Assembly (NCBI GenBank): GCA_040902585.1
Contig: JBBDXA010000231.1
Location: 903-64,902 of the forward strand
Origin: Phycisphaeraceae bacterium
GTDB lineage: Bacteria > Planctomycetota > Phycisphaerae > Phycisphaerales > Phycisphaeraceae
Direction: 5' to 3'
DNA: 64,000 bases
The notes under the pieces were generated by a model. That model was not told where the DNA came from, ran no database searches, and saw only the letters and a program-made list of their open reading frames with translations. The stretch's first letter is position 1. Each line of letters starts with the position of its first letter. This document shows, piece by piece, positions 43,813 through 53,789 of the stretch. The position numbers and the translations under genes are program-made.

Positions 43813-44898
43813 ATGGCTACACTCGTTCAAGCAATTCGCATGGCCCTGCACTACGGCGAGGAGCACCTCGGCGTGACGGATATCTTCGGCGAAGATGTCG
43901 GCCCGCCGCTGGGAGGCGTCTTCACCGCCACGCAGGGGCTTCGCACGGCTTGGAACTCACCGCTGGATGAGCGCGGCATTGTGGGCACGGCCATGGGCAT
44001 CGCCTACGCCGGCGGCCGACCCGTGTGCGAGCTTCAGTTCTGCGACTACGGATTCAACACGTTCGACCTGCTGAAGATCGCCGGCAATCAGCGCTGGGCC
44101 AGCCGCGGCAACTTCGACATGCCCATCGTGCTCATGGCGCCCAATGGCTCGGGCATCCGCGGCAGCCTGTACCACTCGCATTCGTTTGACAGTTGGGTCA
44201 GCCGGCTCGCCGGTTGGAAGATCGTCATCCCCTCGACGCCGGTGGACGCCTATGGGCTGATGCTCTCGGCCATCGCCGATCCGAACCCGGTGATGGTCCT
44301 CATCCCCAAGGCGCTGATGCGCGTACGCGGCGAAGAGTTGATTCGCGGCGAGCCGGAGGACGAGAACGAGCTGAAGGCAATGATCGACGCCCCAGTCCCC
44401 CGGAACCCCCGGAACCCCCGCAACGGCGACCGCAGCCGCTGGCAGCCGCGCTGGCCGCCAGTGGAAGACACATTCATCCCGATCGGGCGAGCGCGGCTCT
44501 TCGCCGAAGGCGACAGCGGCACGGTGATCAGTTGGGGCCGAACGCTGCCCCTGTGCCGACAGGCGGCGCGCGAGTTGAGCGAGAAAGAAGGACTCGCGTT
44601 CGACGTGATCGACCTGCGCTCGATCTTTCCCTATGACTGGGCCGCGATCAGCCGCAGCGTGATGAAGACCGGGCGCGTGCTCATCGTGAACGAAGATACG
44701 GAGGTAACGAACTTCGGCGAGCACCTGCTGCGGCGGATTATCGACGTTCACTATTACGATCTGCTCGCCAGGCCGCTGGTGCTCATGGGGCAACACCTGC
44801 CGGGCATCGGGCTCAACCAGGTGTACGAGCGCAACACGGTGCCGCAGCAGCACCACATCAAGGCGGCGATGAAGCGGATCGCGACGGAACCGGCGTGA
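43813..44898 (+). CDS. bkdA2: Branched-chain 2-oxoacid dehydrogenase E1 beta subunit (with a PRNPRNPRN insertion)
   Basis: Typical transketolase-like Pyr and C-terminal domains. 9-nt x3 tandem repeat at 44398-44424. Confidence 0.9.
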   Translation: MATLVQAIRMALHYGEEHLGVTDIFGEDVGPPLGGVFTATQGLRTAWNSPLDERGIVGTAMGIAYAGGRPVCELQFCDYGFNTFDLLKIAGNQRWASRGNFDMPIVLMAPNGSGIRGSLYHSHSFDSWVSRLAGWKIVIPSTPVDAYGLMLSAIADPNPVMVLIPKALMRVRGEELIRGEPEDENELKAMIDAPVPRNPRNPRNGDRSRWQPRWPPVEDTFIPIGRARLFAEGDSGTVISWGRTLPLCRQAARELSEKEGLAFDVIDLRSIFPYDWAAISRSVMKTGRVLIVNEDTEVTNFGEHLLRRIIDVHYYDLLARPLVLMGQHLPGIGLNQVYERNTVPQQHHIKAAMKRIATEPA

Positions 44899-44937
44899 GA
44901 ACGTGGCGTGAACGGGCAGATATGAAGTGCGAGGTCC

Positions 44938-46257
44938 GTGATGGAATTCAAAGTTCCCGAACTCGGCGAAGGCGTTTACGAAGCGGAACTCATCGAGTGG
45001 CGCGTGAAGGTTGGCGACCGCGTAAGTCACGGCGACGTGCTGGCGGAGGTGATGACCGACAAGGCGAACATGGAGTTGCCTTCGCCGTTTGAAGGCGAGA
45101 TCACCGGGCTCAGCGCCCAAGCGGGTGACATGATCAAGGTCGGGCAACAGGTGCTCAGCTACGACGCGGTGACGCAGGCCGCGCAGGCAAAGGAAGAGGA
45201 TGAACCGGCGGGGCGTGAAGTTGAGGGCGCTCAAAGAGAGGAGGAGCAGGCAGGCGAAGAGCCGGTGCCGCTCCACGAGGCGACGGTTCAGCGGACCACG
45301 TCGGAGATAACGCCTTCGAAGAGGAAGTCGATGCCGCCGTCCCGCGCAAGAACCAAAGCCTCGCCCGCCGTGCGTCACATGGCCCACGAGCTGGGCATCG
45401 ATCTGGCGCGGGTGGAAGGAACGGGGCCCGCGGGGCGCGTGCTGATCAAGGATCTCGCCGGGAAGCACGACGGAATCGCGCATGACACTGAAAGGTCACG
45501 CGACAGACCCGCCGCCACCCTCGCTGCCTCGCTCGATCTGGGCAGCCCCGGCACGCGCATGACGCTGCGCGGCGTGCGCCGGCGCATCGCCGAGCGCATG
45601 ATCGAAGCGGTCCGAACGATCCCTCACTACAGCTACATGGATGAGTGCGACCTCACCGAGCTGGTCCGCCTGCGCGACGAACTGAGCCGCACCGATGAAT
45701 CGGGGCACCCGCGCCTGACCTACCTGCCCTTCTTCGTCAAGGCCGCCGCGCACGCCCTGCGTCAGGTGCCGCTGGTCAACGCGACGTTCGACGACGATGC
45801 CGGCGAAGTCACGCTGCACGACCGATACGACATCGGTATCGCCACCGCCACGCCGCAGGGGCTCATCGTGCCCGTCGTGCGCGATGCGGATCGCAAGGAT
45901 GTGTTCACGCTCGCGCGGGACATCGAGCGGATGACCGCCGCCGCCCGCGCCGGCCGCGCCAAGCTCGCCGACCTTCAGCGCGGAACCTTCACGATCACCT
46001 CCATCGGCTCGATCGGAGGACTCATGGCGACGCCGATCATCCATCGCCCGCAGGTCGCGATCATGGCGATCGGCCGCATCCAGCGAAGGCCGGTGTACGA
46101 CGACGCCGGCAACCTGCGGCCGGCGGACCTCGTCCATCTTTCATTCTCATTCGACCATCGCATTGTGGACGGCGCGATCGGCGCGGTCTTCGCCAACGCC
46201 CTCATTGATCAGCTTCGTCATCCCGCGATGCTGCTGCTGACGCCTCAGGCGGATTGA
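44938..46257 (+). CDS. bkdB: Dihydrolipoamide acyltransferase E2
   Basis: Lipoyl motif EVMTDKANMEL, E3-binding domain PAVRHMAHELGIDL, catalytic DHRIVDGA. Confidence 0.9.
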   Translation: MMEFKVPELGEGVYEAELIEWRVKVGDRVSHGDVLAEVMTDKANMELPSPFEGEITGLSAQAGDMIKVGQQVLSYDAVTQAAQAKEEDEPAGREVEGAQREEEQAGEEPVPLHEATVQRTTSEITPSKRKSMPPSRARTKASPAVRHMAHELGIDLARVEGTGPAGRVLIKDLAGKHDGIAHDTERSRDRPAATLAASLDLGSPGTRMTLRGVRRRIAERMIEAVRTIPHYSYMDECDLTELVRLRDELSRTDESGHPRLTYLPFFVKAAAHALRQVPLVNATFDDDAGEVTLHDRYDIGIATATPQGLIVPVVRDADRKDVFTLARDIERMTAAARAGRAKLADLQRGTFTITSIGSIGGLMATPIIHRPQVAIMAIGRIQRRPVYDDAGNLRPADLVHLSFSFDHRIVDGAIGAVFANALIDQLRHPAMLLLTPQAD

Positions 46258-48071
46258 TCCGCCTCCGCGTCATCCAGCATCTCGTCGGCGACGGCGATCG
46301 TCTCCTCGTCGAGATTGCGGTAGAGCGAACGGCGGCGGCGGGCGATGCGCTCCGCGGCGTGATGGCAGAACGCCTTGCCGACCAGCACCTCGCGCTTCAG
46401 CCACGGCGACAGCTCGCCCGTGCCCCCGGTGCCCGCCGCGTCCAGCAGCGCCTGGAGCCGGCTGATGATCGCAGCCGTTGCGTAGAGATCGACGACGGTC
46501 CACGTGATCCGCTGCTGAAGGAGCTGCAAGTCAAGAATACCCATCTTGTGCTTGGCCAGCAGCCGGCTCACGTCGCGCGCCAGCAGCTTGGTCATCCGCG
46601 TGAGCGTGCGCCCTTCGCCGATCAGGGCCCCGTGCAGGCCCAGCAGCGCGTTGTCATGGCCGTGGCCCACGAGCACGTCGCGCCACTCGTGCCTCAGGAA
46701 CGCCGTCAGGCGCCCGAAATTGCGGACCGGATGCCGCATCGCCTTGAGCGTCTGCTCCAGCTCTTCGCCCACGCCCTTCATGCCGGTCAGCGCGATGAAG
46801 GAAGTCATCACCTCGGTCGTGCCTTCGACGATGCGGTTGATCCGCGCGTCGCGCAGGCCGCGCTCGAGTCCGTGCTCGCGCATGTAGCCTTCGCCGCCCA
46901 TGATCTGCACCGCGTCGTCGAGTACGCGCCACGATGCCTCGGAGCAGAACAGCTTGCAGATCGCCGTCTCGAGCATGAGGTCCTCATCGTGACGGTCAAC
47001 GAGCCCGGCCGAGAGATAGGTCATCGCATCCATCGCATGAACGAGCTCGGCCATGCGGGCGATCTTCTTCTTCACCAGGTGAAATGCCCCGATCGGCCGG
47101 TCGAACTGCCGGCGCGTGCGGGCATGCTCGATCGCCCGCTGCATCGCGACGCGGGCACCGCCCAGGCAGCCGGCGCTGAGCGTGCAGCGGCCGTAGTTCA
47201 GCACCGTCAGCGCCACACGCAGGCCCCGGCCCAGCTCGCCCAGCACGTGATCCCGCGGCACGCGCATGTCCGTGAAGCGCAGCGTCGCCTGCCACGTGCC
47301 GCGGATGCCGCACTTGCTCCGGTTGTTGCTCACGACCTCGAACCCAGGCATGTCCGGCGTGACGATGAACGCCGTCACCTTGCTCTTGACGCTGCCGTTG
47401 TCCTGCACCGGCGTGCGCGCCATCACCGTCATCAAGCCAGCCAGCGCGCCGTTGGTGGCGTACTTCTTCTGGCCGTTGATGATCCAGTGCGAACCGTCGT
47501 CACTCAGGCGGGCCTGGGTCTGCACGTTCGCGGCGTCGGACCCGACCTCCGGCTCGCTGAGGCAGAATGCCGCGAGCGTCTTCCCGCTCGCCAGGTCGGG
47601 CAACCATTTTCTTTTCTGTTCCTCACTGCCGCTGAGCACCACCGCTTTGAGACCGATGGACTGATGCGCCCCGACAAAGACCGCCGTGGATGCACATGTC
47701 TTCGCGATGGCTTCGAGCACCCGGCAATAGGCCGTGTGGCTATACCCGCCGCCGCCGTACGCGCGCGGCACCGTCATGCCCAGCACACCGAGGGTGCCCA
47801 TGCCTTCGATCACCTCCTGCGGCAACCGCTCCGTCGCGTCGATCTCGTCAGGATCCACGTGATCGCGCATAAACGCTTCGACCTTCTCGACCAGCTCGCG
47901 CGTGCGGGCCGCGTCTTCCTCGCTCGGCTTCGGATAGGGGATCACCTTCTCCCACGGGATCTGCCCGAAGAAGAGCGACCGCACGAAGCCGCGCTCTTTC
48001 CCATCGGTCTCCAACAGATCGCGGGCCTTCTCGAGCTGTTCCTGGTCTTGTTTGCGGAGGGTAACCATCAC
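46245..48071 (-). CDS. Long acyl-CoA dehydrogenase with a C-terminal extension (paralog of 28360..30132)
   Basis: 608 aa. Same architecture and many shared motifs, e.g. FGQIPWEKVIPYP versus FGRFVHEWVMPYP. Confidence 0.9.
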   Translation of the reverse strand: MMVTLRKQDQEQLEKARDLLETDGKERGFVRSLFFGQIPWEKVIPYPKPSEEDAARTRELVEKVEAFMRDHVDPDEIDATERLPQEVIEGMGTLGVLGMTVPRAYGGGGYSHTAYCRVLEAIAKTCASTAVFVGAHQSIGLKAVVLSGSEEQKRKWLPDLASGKTLAAFCLSEPEVGSDAANVQTQARLSDDGSHWIINGQKKYATNGALAGLMTVMARTPVQDNGSVKSKVTAFIVTPDMPGFEVVSNNRSKCGIRGTWQATLRFTDMRVPRDHVLGELGRGLRVALTVLNYGRCTLSAGCLGGARVAMQRAIEHARTRRQFDRPIGAFHLVKKKIARMAELVHAMDAMTYLSAGLVDRHDEDLMLETAICKLFCSEASWRVLDDAVQIMGGEGYMREHGLERGLRDARINRIVEGTTEVMTSFIALTGMKGVGEELEQTLKAMRHPVRNFGRLTAFLRHEWRDVLVGHGHDNALLGLHGALIGEGRTLTRMTKLLARDVSRLLAKHKMGILDLQLLQQRITWTVVDLYATAAIISRLQALLDAAGTGGTGELSPWLKREVLVGKAFCHHAAERIARRRRSLYRNLDEETIAVADEMLDDAEADQSA

Positions 48072-48088
48072 TGTTCTCCTGTTGGAAT

Positions 48089-50272
48089 TCAGGCGTGTTG
48101 CTTCCGCGACGCGCCGGCGGATGAAGACTGCGCATCGGATGCGCCATCCGCGGCGAGTGACTGCATCGGCTGTCCTGCCTCGGCGGCGCGGCGCAAGGCG
48201 TCGGTCGGGGTGAAGCGCGGATCGACCTGCGCGGCAAGCTCATCGAGTTGACGCACGATTTCGCTGAGGCCAACAGTCTCGGCGTGATGCACGAGCCCGC
48301 CGCGGAACGGTGCCAGGCCCAGCCCCAGCACCGTCGCCAGGTCGATCGTCTCGGTCGAGTTCGTGATGCCTTCGGTCAGCACGCGCGAGGCTTCGTTGAT
48401 CATGGGCAGCACGAGCCGGCGCGGGATCGCCTCCTCGCTCACGTCGCTGTCGCCCTTGCCTTCGCGAAGGAGCGCGAGCAGCTTCGTGTTAACGCGCGGC
48501 TTGCTGCCCTTCCGTCGCCCGTAGCAATAGAACCCCGCGCCCGACTTCTTGCCGAGCATCTTCTTCTCGACGGCCTTCGTCAGGCCCGGCGGCGCGGTGA
48601 TCGGGCGGTCGATGCGATCCACGGCCGATGTGAAGATCGCCGCGGCGATGTCGAGGCCGACTTCGTCGAGCAGCTCGAACGGACCCATCGGCGCGCCCCA
48701 CTTTTTCATTGCCTCGTCCACGCGCTGGATCGGCGCGCCGCCGGCCGCCAGCGTCATCGCCTCGGCCAGGTACGGGAACAGCACGCGGTTGACGAGGAAG
48801 CCCGGCCCGTCGCGCACGAGCACGGGCGTCTTGCCGAGCCGCTGCGCCAGGTCCGCGGCCGTCGCCAGCGCGTGGTCGTCGCTCTGCGGTGTGCGGATCA
48901 CTTCGACCAGCGGCATCTTCCGCACGGGGTTGAAAAAGTGCAGGCCGACGACCCGGCCCGGCCGCGCGGTGCCGTTGGCCAGGGCCGTGACGCTGAGCGA
49001 GCTCGTGTTCGTCGCCAGCACCGTGTCGTTTCGCGTCAGGCGATCGAGCTTCGCAAAAACGTCACGCTTCACTTCCATGTTCTCCGCCACCGCTTCGATG
49101 ACGATGTCGGCCAGCTTCAGGCCCGTCCAGTCCGTGGCCGGCGCGAGCAGGCGCATCGCGTGCGCCATCTGAAGCGGGCTGATGCGCTTGGCGCGCAGGT
49201 CATCCTTGAGCATCGCGTCGATGCGCTGCAACGCGGCGGAGGCGGCCTCGTCGTTCACCTCGATCAGGCGCACGGGGATCCCAGCGCGAATAAGCGCGTG
49301 GGCGATGCCCGCGCCCATCGTGCCGCCGCCGATGACCGCCGCGTGATGCACCGGCGAAGAATCGGCAGCCAGCGCCTGCTTCAGGACGCGCTTGGCGTTC
49401 TGCTTCACAAAGAAAATCCGCATGAGATTGCGACAGGCATCGGTCTGCGCCAGCGCGACGAGGCTGTCGCGCTCGGCGCGCAGGCCGGCATCGAAGCCTT
49501 CGTCAAAGCCGGTGCGAACGGTATCGATCAGCTTGTCGGCGGCCGGGTAGTTGCCGTGGGTCTTCTCAAGGGTTTGACGCTGCGCGGCCCGCAGCACCCA
49601 TCGGCGCAGCAGGCTGGTCTTGAGGATGATGCGTTCCATTCGCGGCAGCCGATGCAACGGCGGCGTGGTGCGGAGCAGGCGTTTGGCCGCGGCGAGCAGC
49701 GCCTCGGGCCGCACGACTTCATCGATCACGCCCAGTTTCAGCGCCCTGCGCGGTGCCAGCGCCTTGCCCGCCAGGAGCAGTGGCAGCGCGGGGCGCAGGC
49801 CGATGAGCCTTGGCAGGCGCGTGGTGCCGCCCCACGCGGGGAGGATGCCGAGCTTGATCTCCGGCAGCCCGATCTGGATTGCGCCTTCGTCGGCCGCGAC
49901 GCGATATCGGCACGCCAGCGCCAGCTCCAGCCCGCCGCCGAGGCACGTGCCGTTGATCGCCGCGACCGTCGGCATCGGCAGCTTCGCGATACGGTCGAAG
50001 AGCTTCTGCCCGCGCTGGAGAAATGCTTCGGTCTGCTCGCCATCCATTTCCTTCAGGGCGAAGAGATCGGCCCCCGTGATGAACACGCCGGGCTTGGCGG
50101 AGGCGAAGATAATCCCCGCAGGTCGGGGCGCGAGCGCTTCCCATCCGATCACGAGAGCCTCGAGTTCGTCCAGCGTCGTCGGCGAGATCGTGTTCACCGA
50201 CTTGCCGCGTTGATCGAAGAAGACGGTCACCAGGCGGTCGTCGCATTCGTGAATCCGGAGCGTTGATTGCAT
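48089..50272 (-). CDS. fadJ: Fatty-acid oxidation multifunctional protein (enoyl-CoA hydratase + 3-hydroxyacyl-CoA dehydrogenase), FadJ/FadB-like
   Basis: N-terminal crotonase domain. AVIGGGTMGAGIA NAD-binding fold. 727 aa. Confidence 0.9.
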   Translation of the reverse strand: MQSTLRIHECDDRLVTVFFDQRGKSVNTISPTTLDELEALVIGWEALAPRPAGIIFASAKPGVFITGADLFALKEMDGEQTEAFLQRGQKLFDRIAKLPMPTVAAINGTCLGGGLELALACRYRVAADEGAIQIGLPEIKLGILPAWGGTTRLPRLIGLRPALPLLLAGKALAPRRALKLGVIDEVVRPEALLAAAKRLLRTTPPLHRLPRMERIILKTSLLRRWVLRAAQRQTLEKTHGNYPAADKLIDTVRTGFDEGFDAGLRAERDSLVALAQTDACRNLMRIFFVKQNAKRVLKQALAADSSPVHHAAVIGGGTMGAGIAHALIRAGIPVRLIEVNDEAASAALQRIDAMLKDDLRAKRISPLQMAHAMRLLAPATDWTGLKLADIVIEAVAENMEVKRDVFAKLDRLTRNDTVLATNTSSLSVTALANGTARPGRVVGLHFFNPVRKMPLVEVIRTPQSDDHALATAADLAQRLGKTPVLVRDGPGFLVNRVLFPYLAEAMTLAAGGAPIQRVDEAMKKWGAPMGPFELLDEVGLDIAAAIFTSAVDRIDRPITAPPGLTKAVEKKMLGKKSGAGFYCYGRRKGSKPRVNTKLLALLREGKGDSDVSEEAIPRRLVLPMINEASRVLTEGITNSTETIDLATVLGLGLAPFRGGLVHHAETVGLSEIVRQLDELAAQVDPRFTPTDALRRAAEAGQPMQSLAADGASDAQSSSAGASRKQHA

Positions 50273-50355
50273 GCTTGGGCTCCTTTACGCAAACGCATCG
50301 AATCGCTTCGTGCCATACTTCTCAAAGCACAAGCACGGCACGAGGGGCAACAGGG

Positions 50356-51660
50356 TCACGGCCGTTGCAGCAGCATGGCCGCGCCCTGTCCGCCTCCGAC
50401 GCACAGCGCGGCGATGCCGTACTCCACGTCCCGCCGCGCCATCTCGTGCAGCAGGTTGAGCACGAGGCGCGCCCCGCTGGCACCGACGGGGTGTCCCAGC
50501 GCGATCGCGCCGCCGTTGACGTTCAGCTTCGCCGGATCAAGCTCGCCCACCGCGCTGCCGCGGCCGAGCCGGCTGCGGGCAAAGTCATCGCTCGCCAGCG
50601 CCTTGAGGCACGCCAGCACCTGAGCGGCGAACGCTTCGTTGATCTCGAACAGCCCGATCTGATCCAGCCGCATGCCGGTCTTCTGAAGAAGCTGATCGAT
50701 TGCATAGACCGGCCCCAGTCCCATGCGCGCCGGGTCGAGCGCTGCCGTCGCATAGCCGCGCACGTAGCCGAGCACGTTCATGCCCTCGGCCCGCGCGAGC
50801 TGGCTTTCCATCACGAGCAGCACCGCCGCCCCGTCAGTCACCTGGCACGCATTGCCGACAGTGACGGTGCCGTCGCGGCGATCGAAGTACGGTTTAAGCT
50901 TCGCCAGCGCTTCGTGCGACTGATCCGGGCGCGGACCGATGTCGCGTGGAACGGGAACATACTTCGGCGGAACGAACGCGGTCGTGACCTGCGTATCAAG
51001 CCTGCCTTCTTCCATCGCGTTACTGGCTTTGCGGTGCGAGTGCAGGGCGTAATCATCCTGCTGGCGGCGCGAGATGTCGAATTCGCTGGCGAGAATCTCG
51101 GCGGTCTTACCCATGATCAGGCCGCAGGTCGGATCGGTCAGGCCCATCTGGAGCGCGGGCATGGGGCGGAAGTGCCGCGGCCGCAGCTTCGCCGCAGCCA
51201 GGACTTTTCGCATCAAGGATTTGGCCCGCGCGAGCCGGCCCATCGCGCCCAGCGCCTCCTGCGGAAACAGGAGCGGGATCGTGCTCATCGACTCGGCACC
51301 GCCGGCGAGCAGGGCCCGCGCCTGTGCTGACTCGATGCGCGAGGCCGCGTACGCCACAGCTTCCATGCCCGACGCGCAGTTGCGCTGCACGGTGATCGCC
51401 GGCACTTGTTTCGGCACGCCGGCGTACAGGGCGGCGACGCGCGCGGGATTCGTCGCGTCGGCCGGCATCACCACGTTGCCGAGCACGACCTCGTCCAGCC
51501 GGCTCGCCGGCCACGACTGCTGGTACAGCGTCTCGCGCATCGCCAGCGCCGCCAGATCGCACACATGCACGTCCTTCAGCGCGTCGCCGGCCTTTACGAA
51601 CGGCGTGCGCAGTCCGCCGGTGATCGCCACCTTCCCGTTCTTGGTCGCCCATGCCACCAT
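50356..51660 (-). CDS. fadA: Acetyl-CoA C-acyltransferase (3-ketoacyl-CoA thiolase), FadA/FadI-like
   Basis: VQRNCASGM active-site Cys. CVGGGQGAAM. Confidence 0.9.
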   Translation of the reverse strand: MVAWATKNGKVAITGGLRTPFVKAGDALKDVHVCDLAALAMRETLYQQSWPASRLDEVVLGNVVMPADATNPARVAALYAGVPKQVPAITVQRNCASGMEAVAYAASRIESAQARALLAGGAESMSTIPLLFPQEALGAMGRLARAKSLMRKVLAAAKLRPRHFRPMPALQMGLTDPTCGLIMGKTAEILASEFDISRRQQDDYALHSHRKASNAMEEGRLDTQVTTAFVPPKYVPVPRDIGPRPDQSHEALAKLKPYFDRRDGTVTVGNACQVTDGAAVLLVMESQLARAEGMNVLGYVRGYATAALDPARMGLGPVYAIDQLLQKTGMRLDQIGLFEINEAFAAQVLACLKALASDDFARSRLGRGSAVGELDPAKLNVNGGAIALGHPVGASGARLVLNLLHEMARRDVEYGIAALCVGGGQGAAMLLQRP

Positions 51661-51688
51661 GATGAGCTCCTTTCAGCGCGGTGATGCG

Positions 51689-53542
51689 TCAGGTGCCGGG
51701 GTCATCTTTCACGTCTGTCTCGTCCGCCTTTTCCGCCTTACCCGCCTCGTGGGCCTGCTCCTGCTCCCGCGGCGTTTGCAAGCGATAGCGCTGGAGCTTG
51801 CCCAGGGCCGTGCGCGGCAGCTCGCCGGCGATCTCGAACACGGACGGCACTTCGTACGCCGCCAGGTGCTGTCGGCAATAGGCTTTCAGCTCGGCGTCCG
51901 TTGTGCCGTTGGGTTTGCTGCCCGGCTTGGGCAGTACGATTGCAACCACGGATTCGGTGTACACCGGATCGGGTCGGCCGACGACGGCGACATCGGCGAC
52001 CATGGGATGCTGCCGGAGCAACGCTTCGACCTTGGCCGGCCAGACCTTCATGCCGCCGTGATTGATCATGTCCTTGAGGCGGTCGACGATGTGAAAGAAG
52101 CCGTGGTCATCGACATGCGCGACATCCCCGGTGCGCAGCCACTTCGTGCCCTGCTCATCGGTGACCAGCGCGCGGTTCGCTTCGTCCACATCGCCGAAGT
52201 AACCGCTGAAGACCTGGGGACCTGCGATCCACAACTCGCCGGCTTCACCCGACGGCGCATCCTTCTGCGGGTCATTCAGGTCGGCGATGCGCGCGCGTGT
52301 GTCGGGAAGCGGCAGACCGATCGAACCTTCGCGGGGAGCGGCAACCGGATTCAGGTGCGTCCCGGGTGAGGCCTCGGTCAGGCCGTAGCCTTCGACGATT
52401 CGGCTGTTGACCAGGCGTTCGTAACGCTGCGCCGTCACAGGCGCGAGCGGCGCGGCACCGCTGGTGACGCAGGCCTGACGCAATGATTCAATCGCTGATG
52501 GATTCGGATGCCGTTCCAGTTCGTCGCATAACGCTTCGAACACGGCGGGCACCAGCGGAATGATGGCGGGGCGGAATCGCGTGATGAGATCCAGCAGCGT
52601 CGCCAATTCAAAACGCGTCATCGGGAGCGTCATGGTCGCCGTGAGGACCGGCGCGATGACGCCCGTCATGAGGCCGTAAACATGAAACATCGGCAGCATC
52701 GACAGCGTCGCGCCCTGTCCCTGCTGGAGGCCGACCCAGGCGGCAAGCTGCGTGGCATTGGTGAGCAGGTTGCGGTGCGAGAGCTGGGCGATCTTGAGCC
52801 GGCCGCTCGTTCCGCCAGTGGGCTGAAGCACGGCGACATCATCCGGCTCGGCGCGGCAGGGCAAGACCTCGGGTGCGCCATGGAGCAGTTCGTCCCAGGT
52901 GAATGGACAATTCGGCGTCGCCAGTTGCTGCCGGATTTGCCATCGCTTGAACCAGTAGCCCATGCGTCGCAGCACCGGCTGGTATTCCTGTAGCGAAACC
53001 CAGAGCCAGCGACGTGAATCGCCGGGGGCGTTCGCCGCGTCGATCCTTGCGGCAAGCAGATCAAGGGCAACGACCAGTCGCGGCCGCGTCATGCCGATCA
53101 GCCGATTCAAATCATCGGCACCCAGCACCGGCCCGGCATTGACGGCAACCGCCCCGATCGTTTGCACCGCCAGAAACGTAATGACAAACTCCGGACAGTT
53201 GGGCAGCAGCAGCGCCACGCGATCCCCTTGCCGCACGCCCATGCGGCTCAGGCCGCCGGCCACGCGATGAACCTGATCGACAAGCTCGTCGTAGGTCCAC
53301 GCCGCGTCCGCATAGGCCATCGCCGGCGCATCGCCGAAGCGCTCGGCGCTCTGGTCCAGAATCCTTCCGAGCGTGGTCGATGGGTAGTGAAGTGAAATGG
53401 GCAGGCGGAGCCGTCTGTAGATCGCTTGATGATCGTGCCGTTCTCCGGCGTCCGGCAATTCAGCGTCGATGCTCTTGGGCGAATGCCCGTCGTCCAGCGA
53501 ACGACGTCGCCAAGGATTCATATTGTTCAGGGCGAGTCTCAT
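51689..53542 (-). CDS. fadD: Long-chain fatty-acid--CoA ligase with an acidic C-terminal tail
   Basis: PTGGTSGRLK AMP-binding motif, GYGLTE, TGDV. Tail EQEQAHEAGKAEKADETDVKDDPGT. Confidence 0.88.
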   Translation of the reverse strand: MRLALNNMNPWRRRSLDDGHSPKSIDAELPDAGERHDHQAIYRRLRLPISLHYPSTTLGRILDQSAERFGDAPAMAYADAAWTYDELVDQVHRVAGGLSRMGVRQGDRVALLLPNCPEFVITFLAVQTIGAVAVNAGPVLGADDLNRLIGMTRPRLVVALDLLAARIDAANAPGDSRRWLWVSLQEYQPVLRRMGYWFKRWQIRQQLATPNCPFTWDELLHGAPEVLPCRAEPDDVAVLQPTGGTSGRLKIAQLSHRNLLTNATQLAAWVGLQQGQGATLSMLPMFHVYGLMTGVIAPVLTATMTLPMTRFELATLLDLITRFRPAIIPLVPAVFEALCDELERHPNPSAIESLRQACVTSGAAPLAPVTAQRYERLVNSRIVEGYGLTEASPGTHLNPVAAPREGSIGLPLPDTRARIADLNDPQKDAPSGEAGELWIAGPQVFSGYFGDVDEANRALVTDEQGTKWLRTGDVAHVDDHGFFHIVDRLKDMINHGGMKVWPAKVEALLRQHPMVADVAVVGRPDPVYTESVVAIVLPKPGSKPNGTTDAELKAYCRQHLAAYEVPSVFEIAGELPRTALGKLQRYRLQTPREQEQAHEAGKAEKADETDVKDDPGT

Positions 53543-53789
53543 GTCAAAACCATTCGACCCCGCTCCCGACAGGCGTTGAACACGCGGCGAACTTCGCCGG
53601 CCTATGTGAAAGTCACTGCCGAACTCCGATCCGGTGTTTTCAACTGAATGATTCTATGCCCCGCGACATGCCCGGGATTAAATGCGCTGCAATTTCCCGC
53701 CTAACCAACGATCAAAGCCGACAGGCACAGCGATGCAATCCTGCTATCCGATCGGAATTTGTCGCTCATGCCATGCTGGACTGTTTCAT

